Notes: generated from the sequence alone by a model not told the origin. Positions 1-9,921 are shown, counted from the first letter of the stretch. The stretch: DNA of 64,000 nucleotides from Candidatus Iainarchaeum sp. (GCA_017610205.1 JAFCCL010000006.1:32001-96000), one strand, 5' to 3'. Program-made: numbers and translations.

Positions 1-378
1 AAAGCATTACTCAGCAACGGCAACCTTTCACTAAAAAAAGGAATATACTTCTTCGACAAAAAAGCAAAGAAACTGCACCTGTTTAAAAAAATTAAAATCA
101 AAAAACAGATAAATCAAAAAAACCAGCCAGTATTCAAAGTCAGCGGAGAAAACAAAGACACAAAAATTTCTTTTACCGTTGACTGCTACGCCGATGCATT
201 CTGGAAATTCGAAAAAAAGTTTCTGGGGCTGGTTAAAATGCGATTAAAGTACAACGAGTACCCTGCCAAAATAACCCAATTCAACTTGCAGAACAAACAA
301 GGCAAAACGCTGACATCACTAAAAGACTTGGGTGCAGGGATAGGCAATGCGGAACATTCGTGGGGGCTTTTGGCATGA
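1..378 (+). CDS. 5'-truncated hypothetical protein ending GAGIGNAEHSWGLLA (possibly AttH/tocopherol-cyclase-like fold)
   Basis: Frame 1 is open from base 1 to TGA at 376-378, which overlaps the next ATG (ATGA); not in the ORF track. Confidence 0.65.
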   Translation, partial: KALLSNGNLSLKKGIYFFDKKAKKLHLFKKIKIKKQINQKNQPVFKVSGENKDTKISFTVDCYADAFWKFEKKFLGLVKMRLKYNEYPAKITQFNLQNKQGKTLTSLKDLGAGIGNAEHSWGLLA

Positions 379-1265
379 CTGCAAAAAATAAAATAAAAGT
401 GATTGCAAGAAAAATCAAAGACTTAATCGCACTAATGAGACCAAACGCCTGGTTTGTAACCGTTTTCTCCCTAAGCATTGGAGCAGTATTCGCCCTGCCC
501 AATACCACCCTTACCACTGAAACAGGCTTAAAGTTTCTCTTCCTGTGCTTTGCTTTCGCTCCATTCATTGCAGGTGGCCTATACGCATTAAACGATGTCA
601 ATGACAGAAAAGTGGACCAAAGAAACCCGGATAAAGCCCGCAGGCCAATTGCCAGCGGAAGAATAACCCCAATTCAAGGAATAATCTTTTCACTAATCTT
701 ACTAACCGTTGGCTGTTTTTTGGCCCTGCAAATTTCCTTCATGCACCTTATTTTCGCTTTAATGCTAATTTTTTTGCAACTAATCTATTCAATGCCTCCA
801 ATAAGATTAAAAGAAACATCAATCGACTTCTTGTTCTCAGGTCCATTAAACCACATGATTAGGTTTACAGCAGCATGGATTCTATTCAAACCAATTACCC
901 AAATTCCACTGCTCTTACTAGCAAGCTTATTCACATTATACTGTGTTGCATACATTTACTACAAGCTAGTTGACAAAGAATTCACGCCAAAAAAATCGAT
1001 AGCAAGAAACAAAAACATACAAACACAACTAAACTACGCAACCGCAATAGGAATAGGCCTAATGTTCGCCTCAATCCTCCTGCTAAAAGAAGTAGACTTC
1101 GTTTTCATCGCATGCCCAACCTTTCTAACCTTAGCCCTCCTCACGCAAGCTGCCATACCCAGCATGAAAAAAATTGGGTTAATGCGCAGCCTCTTCTATG
1201 GATACGCGCCCTTCAGCCTAATGCTTGGAGTAGTAAGCCTATGGGTGCTAATAATAATGTTCTAA
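375..1265 (+). CDS. UbiA-family prenyltransferase
   Basis: MRP near N-terminus, YALNDVNDRKVD Asp-rich motif, KARRPIASG, YSMPPIRLK, multiple TM helices; start at 375 chosen from ATGA overlap. Confidence 0.88.
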   Translation: MTAKNKIKVIARKIKDLIALMRPNAWFVTVFSLSIGAVFALPNTTLTTETGLKFLFLCFAFAPFIAGGLYALNDVNDRKVDQRNPDKARRPIASGRITPIQGIIFSLILLTVGCFLALQISFMHLIFALMLIFLQLIYSMPPIRLKETSIDFLFSGPLNHMIRFTAAWILFKPITQIPLLLLASLFTLYCVAYIYYKLVDKEFTPKKSIARNKNIQTQLNYATAIGIGLMFASILLLKEVDFVFIACPTFLTLALLTQAAIPSMKKIGLMRSLFYGYAPFSLMLGVVSLWVLIIMF

Positions 1266-1284
1266 AACAAACGGAAGACTCAAA

Positions 1285-1590
1285 ATGACAACACCAAAAC
1301 CCATCCTAAAGGATTACTTAAATGACATTACGCAATCCCAATGGAACGCGTTCATACATGGCCGGTTAAAAATTTCAGATTACGTCAAACAAAACAAATT
1401 TTGGATCCAGTTATTTGGAAAAACACGCCAAATACGCAACGAAGTCAACAAGTACACACCAGAACAAATACTGCAAATGCTCAAACAGAACAGGGCAGAT
1501 CTATCAATAGGAGACGAGCAAAAAGCCATCAAACGAATACGTGAAGAATTAAACGTTACCCAAAAAATCCTAGAAGAATTCAAATTCTGA
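1285..1590 (+). CDS. hypothetical protein
   Basis: 101-aa ORF co-oriented with UbiA; no recognised motif. Confidence 0.6.
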   Translation: MTTPKPILKDYLNDITQSQWNAFIHGRLKISDYVKQNKFWIQLFGKTRQIRNEVNKYTPEQILQMLKQNRADLSIGDEQKAIKRIREELNVTQKILEEFKF

Positions 1591-1624
1591 ACAAAAAAAA
1601 GAGAGCAGGCTTTCTCACCTGCTC
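1591..1624 (-). terminator. hairpin plus U-tract, terminator-like on the minus strand
   Basis: GAGCAGG (1603-1609) / CCTGCTC (1618-1624) next to an A8 run. Confidence 0.45.
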
Positions 1625-1739
1625 AACGCCACAGCTACAATCCGTTGCTTTTCGCGATTGAGTTCTTCTTCAAGCAGCTCATTGAGCTTGACTGACAACT
1701 CTGACAATGCTTAAAACAACATTGCATAAGTTTTCTATT

Positions 1740-2489
1740 ATGGATTTAAAGCAAGCCCAGCAGCAGATATCAGAGGCACTCAACAGGAAGGATTTGCTAC
1801 TTGTAGTGGCAGACATGTCTGTTGAATACTGGGGGCGGGCTGCTTCCAAATTGCCTCGTGGCAAGCGATTGCTTTTGATAAAGGGAGACAATTCCTTTGC
1901 AATTCATCAAAACAGGTTGTTGCGTCCAACAAATTATATGATGGGAGCAAGGATTGGATGTGAGCTAAAGGACGGTGCACTTTTGCTGAGTGCAAGAAAG
2001 ATTAAGCCAAAGGAAAGCATTGTTGCAACCCTTTACTCGATGGAGGGACTTCATTGCTATCCAATGAGGGAAAATTCTGACCTTCGCCTTTTTGGTTCTG
2101 AAAAGGAATTAAGCGACCAGTTAATGCAGGATTTGAGTTTTCTTGAACCTGGCTTAAAGCCTTTGAATCAGGAAGAGGTTTTTAGAAAAGGTGTTGTTGA
2201 CATTCTTGCAGAGGACTCTGAGGGAAGGCTTGTTGTAATTGAGTTGAAGAGAAGGCAGGCTGATTATAATGCAGTAATGCAATTGAAGAGGTATATGCAG
2301 CAGGTTGAAAAAATTAAGGGAAAGGAAACCCGTGGCTTGTTGCTTGCGCCTTCAATTGGAAAAAATGCCTACGAGCTTCTTCAAAGAAACGGCTGTGAAT
2401 TTTTTAATTTTGAGTTTGAGATAGGAAATCCTGTGGCAAAAATTAAGGGCTTGCGAAAAAAGCAGGAAACACTTGACAAATTTTTTTAG
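1740..2489 (+). CDS. nucS: endonuclease NucS/EndoMS
   Basis: YWGRAASKL, RLLLIKGD, SEKEL, VDILAED...VVIELKR, QLKRY and C-terminal PIP box QETLDKFF. Confidence 0.93.
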   Translation: MDLKQAQQQISEALNRKDLLLVVADMSVEYWGRAASKLPRGKRLLLIKGDNSFAIHQNRLLRPTNYMMGARIGCELKDGALLLSARKIKPKESIVATLYSMEGLHCYPMRENSDLRLFGSEKELSDQLMQDLSFLEPGLKPLNQEEVFRKGVVDILAEDSEGRLVVIELKRRQADYNAVMQLKRYMQQVEKIKGKETRGLLLAPSIGKNAYELLQRNGCEFFNFEFEIGNPVAKIKGLRKKQETLDKFF

Positions 2490-2540
2490 GCCTTTGCAAA
2501 AGGGTTAAATAGTTGTTTTACTAAAATTCTTTTGAATATT

Positions 2541-3020
2541 ATGAAAAGATACTTTCCAACAGGGAAAAGAGTGCGACGCTTTAGAATTGTGGAGCTTAAA
2601 CCTTCTGCGGATGTAGGAAAAGTACAAGAAAAACTTACTGGTTTAAAACCAAAACCAATTGTGTGGGAAAAATATCCTGCTTCCAGAGAAGCCCAGGGAT
2701 TGATTGCTTCAATTGGCAGGCATATTGGAAATCTTGCTTCTAACGCTGCCGAAGCCGACCTTGTTAAATTGCGTAAGGTTCCTGAATCTGAACAGGTTGG
2801 AGTTGCGCTTAGATTGGAAAAGATGGTGAATGGACTTTGGCCAAAGATAGTTGCTGAAACAGTTCCGGGAAACATAAATGCATATGCAAAGGGCATTGTG
2901 TTTTCTTACGTTATTGCAGGTACACTCTATGAAAAGGCAAGATTGTATCCTAAGGCGGCTGAAATGCTTGACAAAATAAATACTATTAATAGAATTTTGA
3001 GAGAGGCGCAAAACCCTTAA
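2541..3020 (+). CDS. orphan protein with basic N-terminus
   Basis: ORF starting MKRYFPTGKRVRRFR; convergent 4-bp overlap with the next gene. Confidence 0.6.
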   Translation: MKRYFPTGKRVRRFRIVELKPSADVGKVQEKLTGLKPKPIVWEKYPASREAQGLIASIGRHIGNLASNAAEADLVKLRKVPESEQVGVALRLEKMVNGLWPKIVAETVPGNINAYAKGIVFSYVIAGTLYEKARLYPKAAEMLDKINTINRILREAQNP

Positions 3021-4261
3021 AGCTTTTTCACAGGGTTCTTTTTTGTTATCCTAATTCTGTGAATTTTTGGACCTTTTACCTGAATTGCTTTTAGTGTAAA
3101 GTTGCCGACAGAAATTGTTTCATTTTGTTTTGGAATTCTGTCAAGTTTTTCAATCATAAAACCGCTTATTGTGGAAAACTTTGTGCTTTTCCATTTTGTT
3201 TTAAACATTTGATTTATTTCGTTTAATGAAGCCTTTCCGTCTGCTTCAAAGACTCCTTTGCCTTCTTCAACCACTCTTGGAGCCTCGCTTTCGTCAACTA
3301 TTTCACCAACTATTTCTTCAAGCAAATCTTCCAAGGTTACTATTCCAAGCATGCCTCCATAGTCATCAACCACTACAGCCATGTTGTTTCTTGTTTGCCG
3401 GAATTCTGCCAAAAGCTTGTCAATTTTTTTGGTTTGGTGTACAAAAAGCACAGCCCTTGCAAGTTTGCTTACTTTTGTTGCGGTTTTTCCTTCAGCAAGA
3501 TAATTCCATGCGTCTTTTACATAAAATATTCCTTCAATTTCATCAAGGTCTTTTTTGTAAACAGGAAGTCTGCTAAAAGGAGTTTCTGCAAGCAATTCGT
3601 TCACATCCTCCAAAGTTGCATCTTTTGAAATTCCTTTCACTTCGCTTCTTGGAGTCATTACATCTTCCACGCTTATATCATTGAATTTGAATATTCTGTG
3701 AATCATTTGTTTTTCAGTTTCATGAATTGCTCCAACCTCTGCTCCCATTGTAACCATTGTTTTAATGTCCTGCTCTGTCATAGGCTGCTCTTCAACCTTT
3801 CCAATTATTCTTATAATTATTTTTGTAAATCCATTCAGGAACCAAATGATTGGGCTTAGAATAATACTAAGCCATTTAATTGGCTTTATTACAAAGAGTG
3901 AGATTGCTTCGCTGTGCTGCACTGCAAGGCTTTTTGGCGTAATTTCTCCAAGTACAAGAATCAAAAAGGTCATTATTCCAACAGAAATGCTTATTGCAAA
4001 GTTTGCAAACATCTGCAAGGCAACAGTTGTTGCAATTGCTGCAGCTGCAATGTTTACAACATTGTTGCCGATTAGAATTGTTGTAAGCATCTTCTGAGGA
4101 TTTGCCTTGAATTCCTCAACAAGGATTGCCGATTTGTTTCTTTTTTTTACAAGTTGCCTTATTTTAATTCTGTCAACTGCAATAAGTGCTGTTTCTGTTC
4201 CGGAAAAAAATCCACTTAATGCAAGCAAAATTGCAAGGGTTATTATGTCAAGTTCTAACAT
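3017..4261 (-). CDS. CNNM/hemolysin-family protein (DUF21 + CBS pair + CorC domain)
   Basis: SGFFSGTETAL, ILIGNNVVNI, GEITPKSLA, VMTPR, SRLPVY, VVDDYGG, EDLLEEIVGEI. Confidence 0.93.
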   Translation of the reverse strand: MLELDIITLAILLALSGFFSGTETALIAVDRIKIRQLVKKRNKSAILVEEFKANPQKMLTTILIGNNVVNIAAAAIATTVALQMFANFAISISVGIMTFLILVLGEITPKSLAVQHSEAISLFVIKPIKWLSIILSPIIWFLNGFTKIIIRIIGKVEEQPMTEQDIKTMVTMGAEVGAIHETEKQMIHRIFKFNDISVEDVMTPRSEVKGISKDATLEDVNELLAETPFSRLPVYKKDLDEIEGIFYVKDAWNYLAEGKTATKVSKLARAVLFVHQTKKIDKLLAEFRQTRNNMAVVVDDYGGMLGIVTLEDLLEEIVGEIVDESEAPRVVEEGKGVFEADGKASLNEINQMFKTKWKSTKFSTISGFMIEKLDRIPKQNETISVGNFTLKAIQVKGPKIHRIRITKKNPVKKL

Positions 4262-4299
4262 GCCAAGATTAACTCTTTTGCGGTTTTTAATTCTTGCTT

Positions 4300-5580
4300 T
4301 TACTTTTCTAAACGCCTTTTTCCCAAATAAACTGCCTTTTTTCCAAGTTCTTCCTCTATTCTGATAAGCTGGTTGTATTTTGCATTTCTTTCACTTCTTG
4401 CAGGGGCTCCAAGCTTGCTTTGCCCTGCATCAATTCCGACCAAGAAATCTGCAATAAAACTATCTTCTGTTTCACCGCTTCTGTGCGAAACAACAACTCC
4501 CCAGCCTGCTTTTTTGCTTTCTTTTGCGGCTTCAAGTGATTCTGAAATCGTTCCAATTTGGTTTATTTTAAGCAAAAGCGCATTGCAGCTTTTTTCTTCA
4601 ATTGCTTTTTCAATTTTTTTAGGATTTGTTACCAGCAAATCATCGCCAACAATTTGTACTTTGCTGCCAATTTTTGCAGTTAGTTCTTTCCAGCCCTGCC
4701 AGTCTTCTTCTGCCATTCCATCTTCCAAAGAATAAATGCTCCTATAAGTTCCTGTTAGTTCAGTGTAAAAATCAACAAGCTCGCCGGAAGAATATTCTTT
4801 TCCATAAAGTTTGTATTTTCCGTTTTCAAAAAATTCTGAGGATGCGCTGTCGATTGCAATGCTCATAATATCCTTATATCCTGCTTCTTCAATAGCTTTG
4901 CTTATCAAATCAAGCCTTTCCTGTGCACTGTTTACATTTGGGACAAAACCTCCTTCATCCCCCAAAAGCGTTGCCCCTGCTCCGAATTTTTTCTTAAGAA
5001 TTTTTTTTAGAGTATGATAAGTTTCAACCCCTGCCTTAAGCGCTTCACTGTAAGATACTGCGCCTGTGGCGGCAATCATTTGTTCCTGAATATCCTCTTC
5101 AAGCCCTGCATGCTTGCCTCCATTCATTACATTCATTTGCGGAACAGGCATTGTAACGCCCTTGTTTCCGCTTAATGAGGCGATGTATTCAAACAGATGC
5201 TGTCCTTTTGCAGCAGCCCCTGCCCTGCAGACAGCTATGCTTACGCCAAGAATTGCATTGACTCCCAATTTTTCCTTGTTTTCGGTTCCATCAAGTTTAA
5301 TCATTGCCTTGTCAATTTCTTCCTGTTTTGTGCAATCCATTCCCTCAATTAGTGGTGCAATTTTTTTGTTAACATTTGCAACTGCTTTAAGAACTCCTTT
5401 TCCGCCATAGGCGGTTTCGCCATCTCTTAATTCCAATGCCTCGTTTATTCCTGTGCTTGCTCCGCTTGGAACAATTCCACAAAACTGGCCTTGTTCTGTG
5501 TTTACATCTGCTTCAATAGTCGGGTTTCCCCTGCTGTCCAAAACCTGTCTTGCCCTGATTTTCCTGATTTTATTAGCCAT
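4300..5580 (-). CDS. eno: enolase
   Basis: LDSRGNPTIE, VPSGASTG, GDEGGF, VGDDL, LLKINQIGT, SHRSGETED; GGAGG upstream of start. Confidence 0.98.
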   Translation of the reverse strand: MANKIRKIRARQVLDSRGNPTIEADVNTEQGQFCGIVPSGASTGINEALELRDGETAYGGKGVLKAVANVNKKIAPLIEGMDCTKQEEIDKAMIKLDGTENKEKLGVNAILGVSIAVCRAGAAAKGQHLFEYIASLSGNKGVTMPVPQMNVMNGGKHAGLEEDIQEQMIAATGAVSYSEALKAGVETYHTLKKILKKKFGAGATLLGDEGGFVPNVNSAQERLDLISKAIEEAGYKDIMSIAIDSASSEFFENGKYKLYGKEYSSGELVDFYTELTGTYRSIYSLEDGMAEEDWQGWKELTAKIGSKVQIVGDDLLVTNPKKIEKAIEEKSCNALLLKINQIGTISESLEAAKESKKAGWGVVVSHRSGETEDSFIADFLVGIDAGQSKLGAPARSERNAKYNQLIRIEEELGKKAVYLGKRRLEK

Positions 5581-5595
5581 ATGCATTTCCTCCAA

Positions 5596-5671
5596 TTTTT
5601 TTTAAACAGTTTTAATAATTTATTTTAAACGATTTGGTATTTTTTTTTAAACAGTTTTGATAATTTATTTT
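5596..5671. repeat. two-copy ~30 bp AT-rich direct repeat upstream of eno
   Basis: TTTTTTTAAACAGTTTT(A/G)ATAATTTATTTT occurs twice. Confidence 0.6.
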
Positions 5672-5716
5672 TCATTCATTGTTTTGATAGATTGAAACAA
5701 ATAAGTCATTAAAAAG

Positions 5717-6142
5717 CTATTTGGACATTGACCTTTTTGGCCGCTTTACAGTCTTTTTTGCTGCCTTTTTTCTTGCGGTTCTTGCTTTTCTCAGTTCGCG
5801 CCCGATTTTTAATTTAAAATGCTGGTTTACATAATTTGAAAAAATTTTCCTGCATTGTTTTTTTGAAAGAGGCTTTCCAAGTTCTATACTGGTTTTAATT
5901 GCTCCTTCAACAAAAACATTTTCAATAGCCCTTAATTCATTCAAAATTTCGGTTTTGCTAAGTCCACTATAATTGATAATGTGAGCTGTTTCCTTCAATG
6001 CCCTTAGTGTAATTCCTGTATGTTTGCTTAAAATCCGTTCATATTGCTTCAAAGCCTGAATTTTTTCGGCGGACGACATTTTTTGATTTGCAACAATGCT
6101 TTCCAATACCCTAAATTCCTGTTCTATTATATCATAAACCAT
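5717..6142 (-). CDS. orphan protein with basic C-terminal tail
   Basis: 141-aa ORF ending RKARTARKKAAKKTVKRPKRSMSK. Confidence 0.65.
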   Translation of the reverse strand: MVYDIIEQEFRVLESIVANQKMSSAEKIQALKQYERILSKHTGITLRALKETAHIINYSGLSKTEILNELRAIENVFVEGAIKTSIELGKPLSKKQCRKIFSNYVNQHFKLKIGRELRKARTARKKAAKKTVKRPKRSMSK

Positions 6143-6216
6143 ATTCTACATTAAAAAAAAATGCATTCTTTTTTAAAAACAATTCTACAAACTATTTTAT
6201 ACTGGAGGTCTTTTTT

Positions 6217-7161
6217 TTGAAAAACAACGATTTGAAGATTTTTGCAGGGGGCAACAATCCAGAGCTTGCAAAGGAAATTGCTTCATACCTTAAATCTGAT
6301 TTGGGAAGGATTGATATAAAAAGGTTTAATGACGGAGAGCAATATGTTCGCTTTAGGGACAACATTAGGGGAACAGACCTTTTTCTTATACAGGGCACCT
6401 CCAAACCTGTTTCTGAAAATTTAATGGAATTGCTTATAATGATTGACGCTGCCAAAAGGTCAAGCGCTGAAAGGATTACTGCAGTAATTCCCTATTTTGG
6501 TTATGCAAGGCAGGACAGAAAAGCTGCTTCAAGAGAGCCAATAACTGCCAAGCTTGTTGCTGACCTTTTAACAAAAGCAGGAGCAAACCGTGTTATTACA
6601 ATGGATTTGCATTCAGACCAAATTCAGGGCTTTTTTGACGTGCCCTTGGACAATCTTACTGCAAGATTGAAACTAATGCAGTATGTTAAGGAAAAAAACC
6701 TTTCAGATTTGGTTGTTGTTGCACCTGATGCAGGAAGCGCAAAAAGCAGCACCAAGGTTTCAAAAGATTTGGGCACAGAGCTTGCAATTGTAAACAAGGC
6801 AAGGCCTGCTGCCGGTGTTGCCGAGTCAATTGGTGTAATTGGAAATGTAAACGGAAAAAATTGTGTAATGTTTGACGACATGATTGATACTGCCGGAACA
6901 ATTTGCGCTGCAGCAGACGCATTGAAAAAAGATGGCTGCAAATCTGTTTCTGTTTGTGCAACACACGGGCTTTTTTCAGGTCCGGCAATTGAAAGAATTG
7001 AAAAAAGCGGAATAGATTTTGTTGTTGTAACAGATTCAATTCCAGGAAATGGCAGAAGGAGTGAAAAGATAACGGTTTTGCCAGTGGCTGACCTTTTAGG
7101 CGAAGCAATTAAAAGAATTCACTTAAACGAATCAGTAAGCAATTTGTTTAACTGGAAATGA
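6217..7161 (+). CDS. prs: ribose-phosphate pyrophosphokinase
   Basis: FNDGE, PYFGYARQDRK, DLHSDQIQGFFD, DDMIDTAGT; TTG start with GGAGG upstream. Confidence 0.97.
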   Translation: MKNNDLKIFAGGNNPELAKEIASYLKSDLGRIDIKRFNDGEQYVRFRDNIRGTDLFLIQGTSKPVSENLMELLIMIDAAKRSSAERITAVIPYFGYARQDRKAASREPITAKLVADLLTKAGANRVITMDLHSDQIQGFFDVPLDNLTARLKLMQYVKEKNLSDLVVVAPDAGSAKSSTKVSKDLGTELAIVNKARPAAGVAESIGVIGNVNGKNCVMFDDMIDTAGTICAAADALKKDGCKSVSVCATHGLFSGPAIERIEKSGIDFVVVTDSIPGNGRRSEKITVLPVADLLGEAIKRIHLNESVSNLFNWK

Positions 7162-7167
7162 ATTTTT

Positions 7168-7437
7168 CTAAATTTCTTTTATTACTTCTTCATAGGTTTT
7201 GAAAAACTTTTTGAGTTTTTTTATCCTGAGAAAATAAAACTTTTCAGGCGGCTCATATTTTTGGCCTACTAGTTTCAAATCATACAATAGCTTTAAATGC
7301 CTTGAAGCCAGAGATTCACTCATGTTCAATTCTTTTGCGATTTCGTGAACAGACTTCCTTTTCTTTCCGCAGAGGATTTTCAAAATTTTCCTTCTAGACC
7401 TTGCCCTAATAGCTCTTGCTAATTTTTCATCAGACAC
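7168..7437 (-). CDS. ArsR-family winged-helix regulator
   Basis: RRKILKIL...SVHEIAKELNMSESLASRHLKLL. Confidence 0.85.
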   Translation of the reverse strand: MSDEKLARAIRARSRRKILKILCGKKRKSVHEIAKELNMSESLASRHLKLLYDLKLVGQKYEPPEKFYFLRIKKLKKFFKTYEEVIKEI

Positions 7438-7540
7438 AAGTTATCACTAATATTCATGGAGGGTATTCTTTAAAGTCTTGCTGTAAAATATTTTACGTTT
7501 ATATTTTGTGTAATTTTCATTGCCCGTAATACTATTTAAA

Positions 7541-7569
7541 CATTACGTAGTTGAACAATACTGAAACTA
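7541..7569. repeat. 29-bp direct repeat, copy 1 (partner at 9893-9921)
   Basis: CATTACGTAGTTGAACAATACTGAAACTA, 26/29 identical to copy 2. Confidence 0.75.
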
Positions 7570-7604
7570 TGAAATTTTCTGCATCTCCCGGAGGTGGTTA
7601 AAAA

Positions 7605-8021
7605 TTGAAAGTAAAGGATTTGTATCAAAAATTTTCAGAATGTACTGATCAGGTCAAAGAAACAGATTCAGTAGAAAAGATTATTGGGGTTTTGTTTAGA
7701 AACAAGGCAACAAGAACAGTTTTTGTAGTTGGTAACAAAGGCAAATTAATGGGTGTAATAAGGCTGCAAGAAATATTGGATGTTCTTGGAAAAGACCTTT
7801 CGCCACCGCTATTTTCTTTTACAAAAAAACAAAAAAAGACTACAGCGGTAGATATAATGATTTTGCCGACAGTTGTTCAGCTTGAAGACCCTATTGAAGA
7901 TGCTTTGACTGTAGCCATAAAATTTGGGTTGCAAGACATTCCTGTCTGCCATAAGGGAAAATTGGTTGGAGAATTGGATTGTTTTGAATTAATTTACGGT
8001 TTGAGCAAGCATGGTTCTTGA
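7605..8021 (+). CDS. CBS-domain protein
   Basis: Two CBS repeats (VVGNKGKLMGVI; IPVCHKGKLVGEL); GGAGGTG RBS. Confidence 0.85.
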   Translation: MKVKDLYQKFSECTDQVKETDSVEKIIGVLFRNKATRTVFVVGNKGKLMGVIRLQEILDVLGKDLSPPLFSFTKKQKKTTAVDIMILPTVVQLEDPIEDALTVAIKFGLQDIPVCHKGKLVGELDCFELIYGLSKHGS

Positions 8022-8073
8022 GTAAAATTCAGGTTAAGGCAAGCAATAACCTTTTGCTTACAGGTTTGTTATA

Positions 8074-9783
8074 TCAGCTTGTTTTTTCTTTTAGATAAGT
8101 TATAAATTCATCCTGTAAATTTGATATTCTGTTTCTGTGTCCTGTTTCCAAAAAGTATGCAAGATGTTTTAGCAGAATGTTGGATCCGATAATTTCAGGC
8201 AAAACAACATAGTCTGCTTCATTTTTATACAATTTTAATGCATCTTTAAAGTTTTTTGCCTTGGCAATTGCAACTATTTCAGGATTTATTTTTTTTACTT
8301 TTCGCACTACCCCGGCTGCTGTTTCTGTGTCAGGAATTGTTAAAAGCAAAATCCTTGCCTTTGCAAGTCCTGTTTTTTGCCACATTTCTTCATTATCTGC
8401 CTCGCCATACGCTACCGGAATCTTTTTTTCTATAAGTTTTTGGACAATTTCTGAGTCATGATCGACTGCAATAATAGTATTTGTTTCTTTAAGTGCGGAT
8501 GTAATTTGTTGCCCTAATACGCCTACTCCTATTATTACTGTGTGCTTTTTGAACCGTTTTTTTGGAAGGTACTCTAACCTTTTTTCCTTTTCGCCAAATT
8601 TTTTCCTGCATATTTGGGGAAAAAAACGTTTTCCAATTTTGTTTAAAAAAGAGTAAATGCCTTTATTGTGTTCCATTAAGTAAGGTGTTGAAGCCATTGA
8701 AACAGTTATTACCAGAATACTTGCTGAAAACATTCCTGCTGAAAGCTGTCCTAGTCTGAATCCCTGATTGGCAAGAATAAATGAGAATTCACTTGCCTGT
8801 CCAAGTGCCAAACCGACAAACAAAGCGCTTTTGCTTTTTAGCCCTGAACCAAGTGAAATGAAAAAGTAGATAAGAGGGTTGATAAGGTAGACCACAAGGA
8901 ACATTAGCAGAAGAATTGCTACAGGAATCCCGAAAAACGAAAGGCTGACCTGCATTCCTAGTGAGACAAAAAATATTGTGGCAAAAAAGTCCCTAAAGCC
9001 GATTATTCTGCTGGATGCCTCCTGGCTGTAAGGCAGTGATGAAAGTGCCAGTCCGCCAATGAATGCCCCCACCACTATTGGAAAATTTAATAGGTCTGAC
9101 AAGTAAATAAATGCAAAGCAGCAGGAGAGAAGAATCAGATAAAAAAGCTCTGGTGTTTTATCAAAACGATTCAACAGCTTTGGTAGAATTTTTCTGTTAA
9201 GCAAGAAGGCAATGGATGCCAAAACCATAAAACTTAGAAAAAGGCTCCCTGCCCAGGAAAGTGAGAAAAGCATTTGTGGGGCTGCAAGAAGCGGCAGCAG
9301 CAGAATAGCCAAAGTGTCTTGGACCAGGGCAAAGCCAACAATAAGCCTTCCATGTAATGTGCTAATTTTATTCATGTTTGACAGTTGTTTGACAACAATT
9401 GCTGTGCTGCTGAAAGCTAAAATCAAGCCCAAGTAAAGTGATTCAATGAAACCAATGCCTACAAATTGCATTAGTCCCAGTACAATTCCTGTTGTGGCTA
9501 TAACCTGGGTAAGTGCTCCAATTATTATTGCATTTTTTAGTTTAAACAATTGGCTAAAATTTGACTGGATTCCGATAGTAAACAGGAGAAAAGCAACTCC
9601 TAATTCGGCTAAAATGGCAATTTCCACAGGGCTGGTTATCAGGGCTAGGCCCATTGGGCTGATGATTATGCCTGCAACAATGTAGGCGATGAGCAGTGGC
9701 TGCTTTAAGAGTTTGGCAACACAGCCCATCAAAGTTCCGGAAATTATTACAATTCCCAAATCCATCAAAAGAGTTAAGTCCAT
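8074..9783 (-). CDS. Kef-type CPA2 cation/H+ antiporter with TrkA-N (RCK) domain
   Basis: AELGVAFLLFTIG, FSSTAIV, FFVSLGM, GQASEFSF, C-terminal IIGVGVLG Rossmann motif. Confidence 0.93.
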   Translation of the reverse strand: MDLTLLMDLGIVIISGTLMGCVAKLLKQPLLIAYIVAGIIISPMGLALITSPVEIAILAELGVAFLLFTIGIQSNFSQLFKLKNAIIIGALTQVIATTGIVLGLMQFVGIGFIESLYLGLILAFSSTAIVVKQLSNMNKISTLHGRLIVGFALVQDTLAILLLPLLAAPQMLFSLSWAGSLFLSFMVLASIAFLLNRKILPKLLNRFDKTPELFYLILLSCCFAFIYLSDLLNFPIVVGAFIGGLALSSLPYSQEASSRIIGFRDFFATIFFVSLGMQVSLSFFGIPVAILLLMFLVVYLINPLIYFFISLGSGLKSKSALFVGLALGQASEFSFILANQGFRLGQLSAGMFSASILVITVSMASTPYLMEHNKGIYSFLNKIGKRFFPQICRKKFGEKEKRLEYLPKKRFKKHTVIIGVGVLGQQITSALKETNTIIAVDHDSEIVQKLIEKKIPVAYGEADNEEMWQKTGLAKARILLLTIPDTETAAGVVRKVKKINPEIVAIAKAKNFKDALKLYKNEADYVVLPEIIGSNILLKHLAYFLETGHRNRISNLQDEFITYLKEKTS

Positions 9784-9833
9784 TCAAATCAAATGCCGAA
9801 TGAGTTTTAATTAATATAATTATAAGAAGTATT

Positions 9834-9890
9834 TAAAGCATTGTACAAGTGGATAATTTAAATAAAGCATTGTACGGTTTGATAATTTAA
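9834..9890. repeat. two-copy tandem repeat upstream of the antiporter
   Basis: TAAAGCATTGTAC-N5-GATAATTTAA occurs twice. Confidence 0.65.
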
Positions 9891-9892
9891 CG

Positions 9893-9921
9893 CATTTCGC
9901 AGTTGAACAATAATGAAACTA
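9893..9921. repeat. 29-bp direct repeat, copy 2
   Basis: CATTTCGCAGTTGAACAATAATGAAACTA. Confidence 0.75.
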
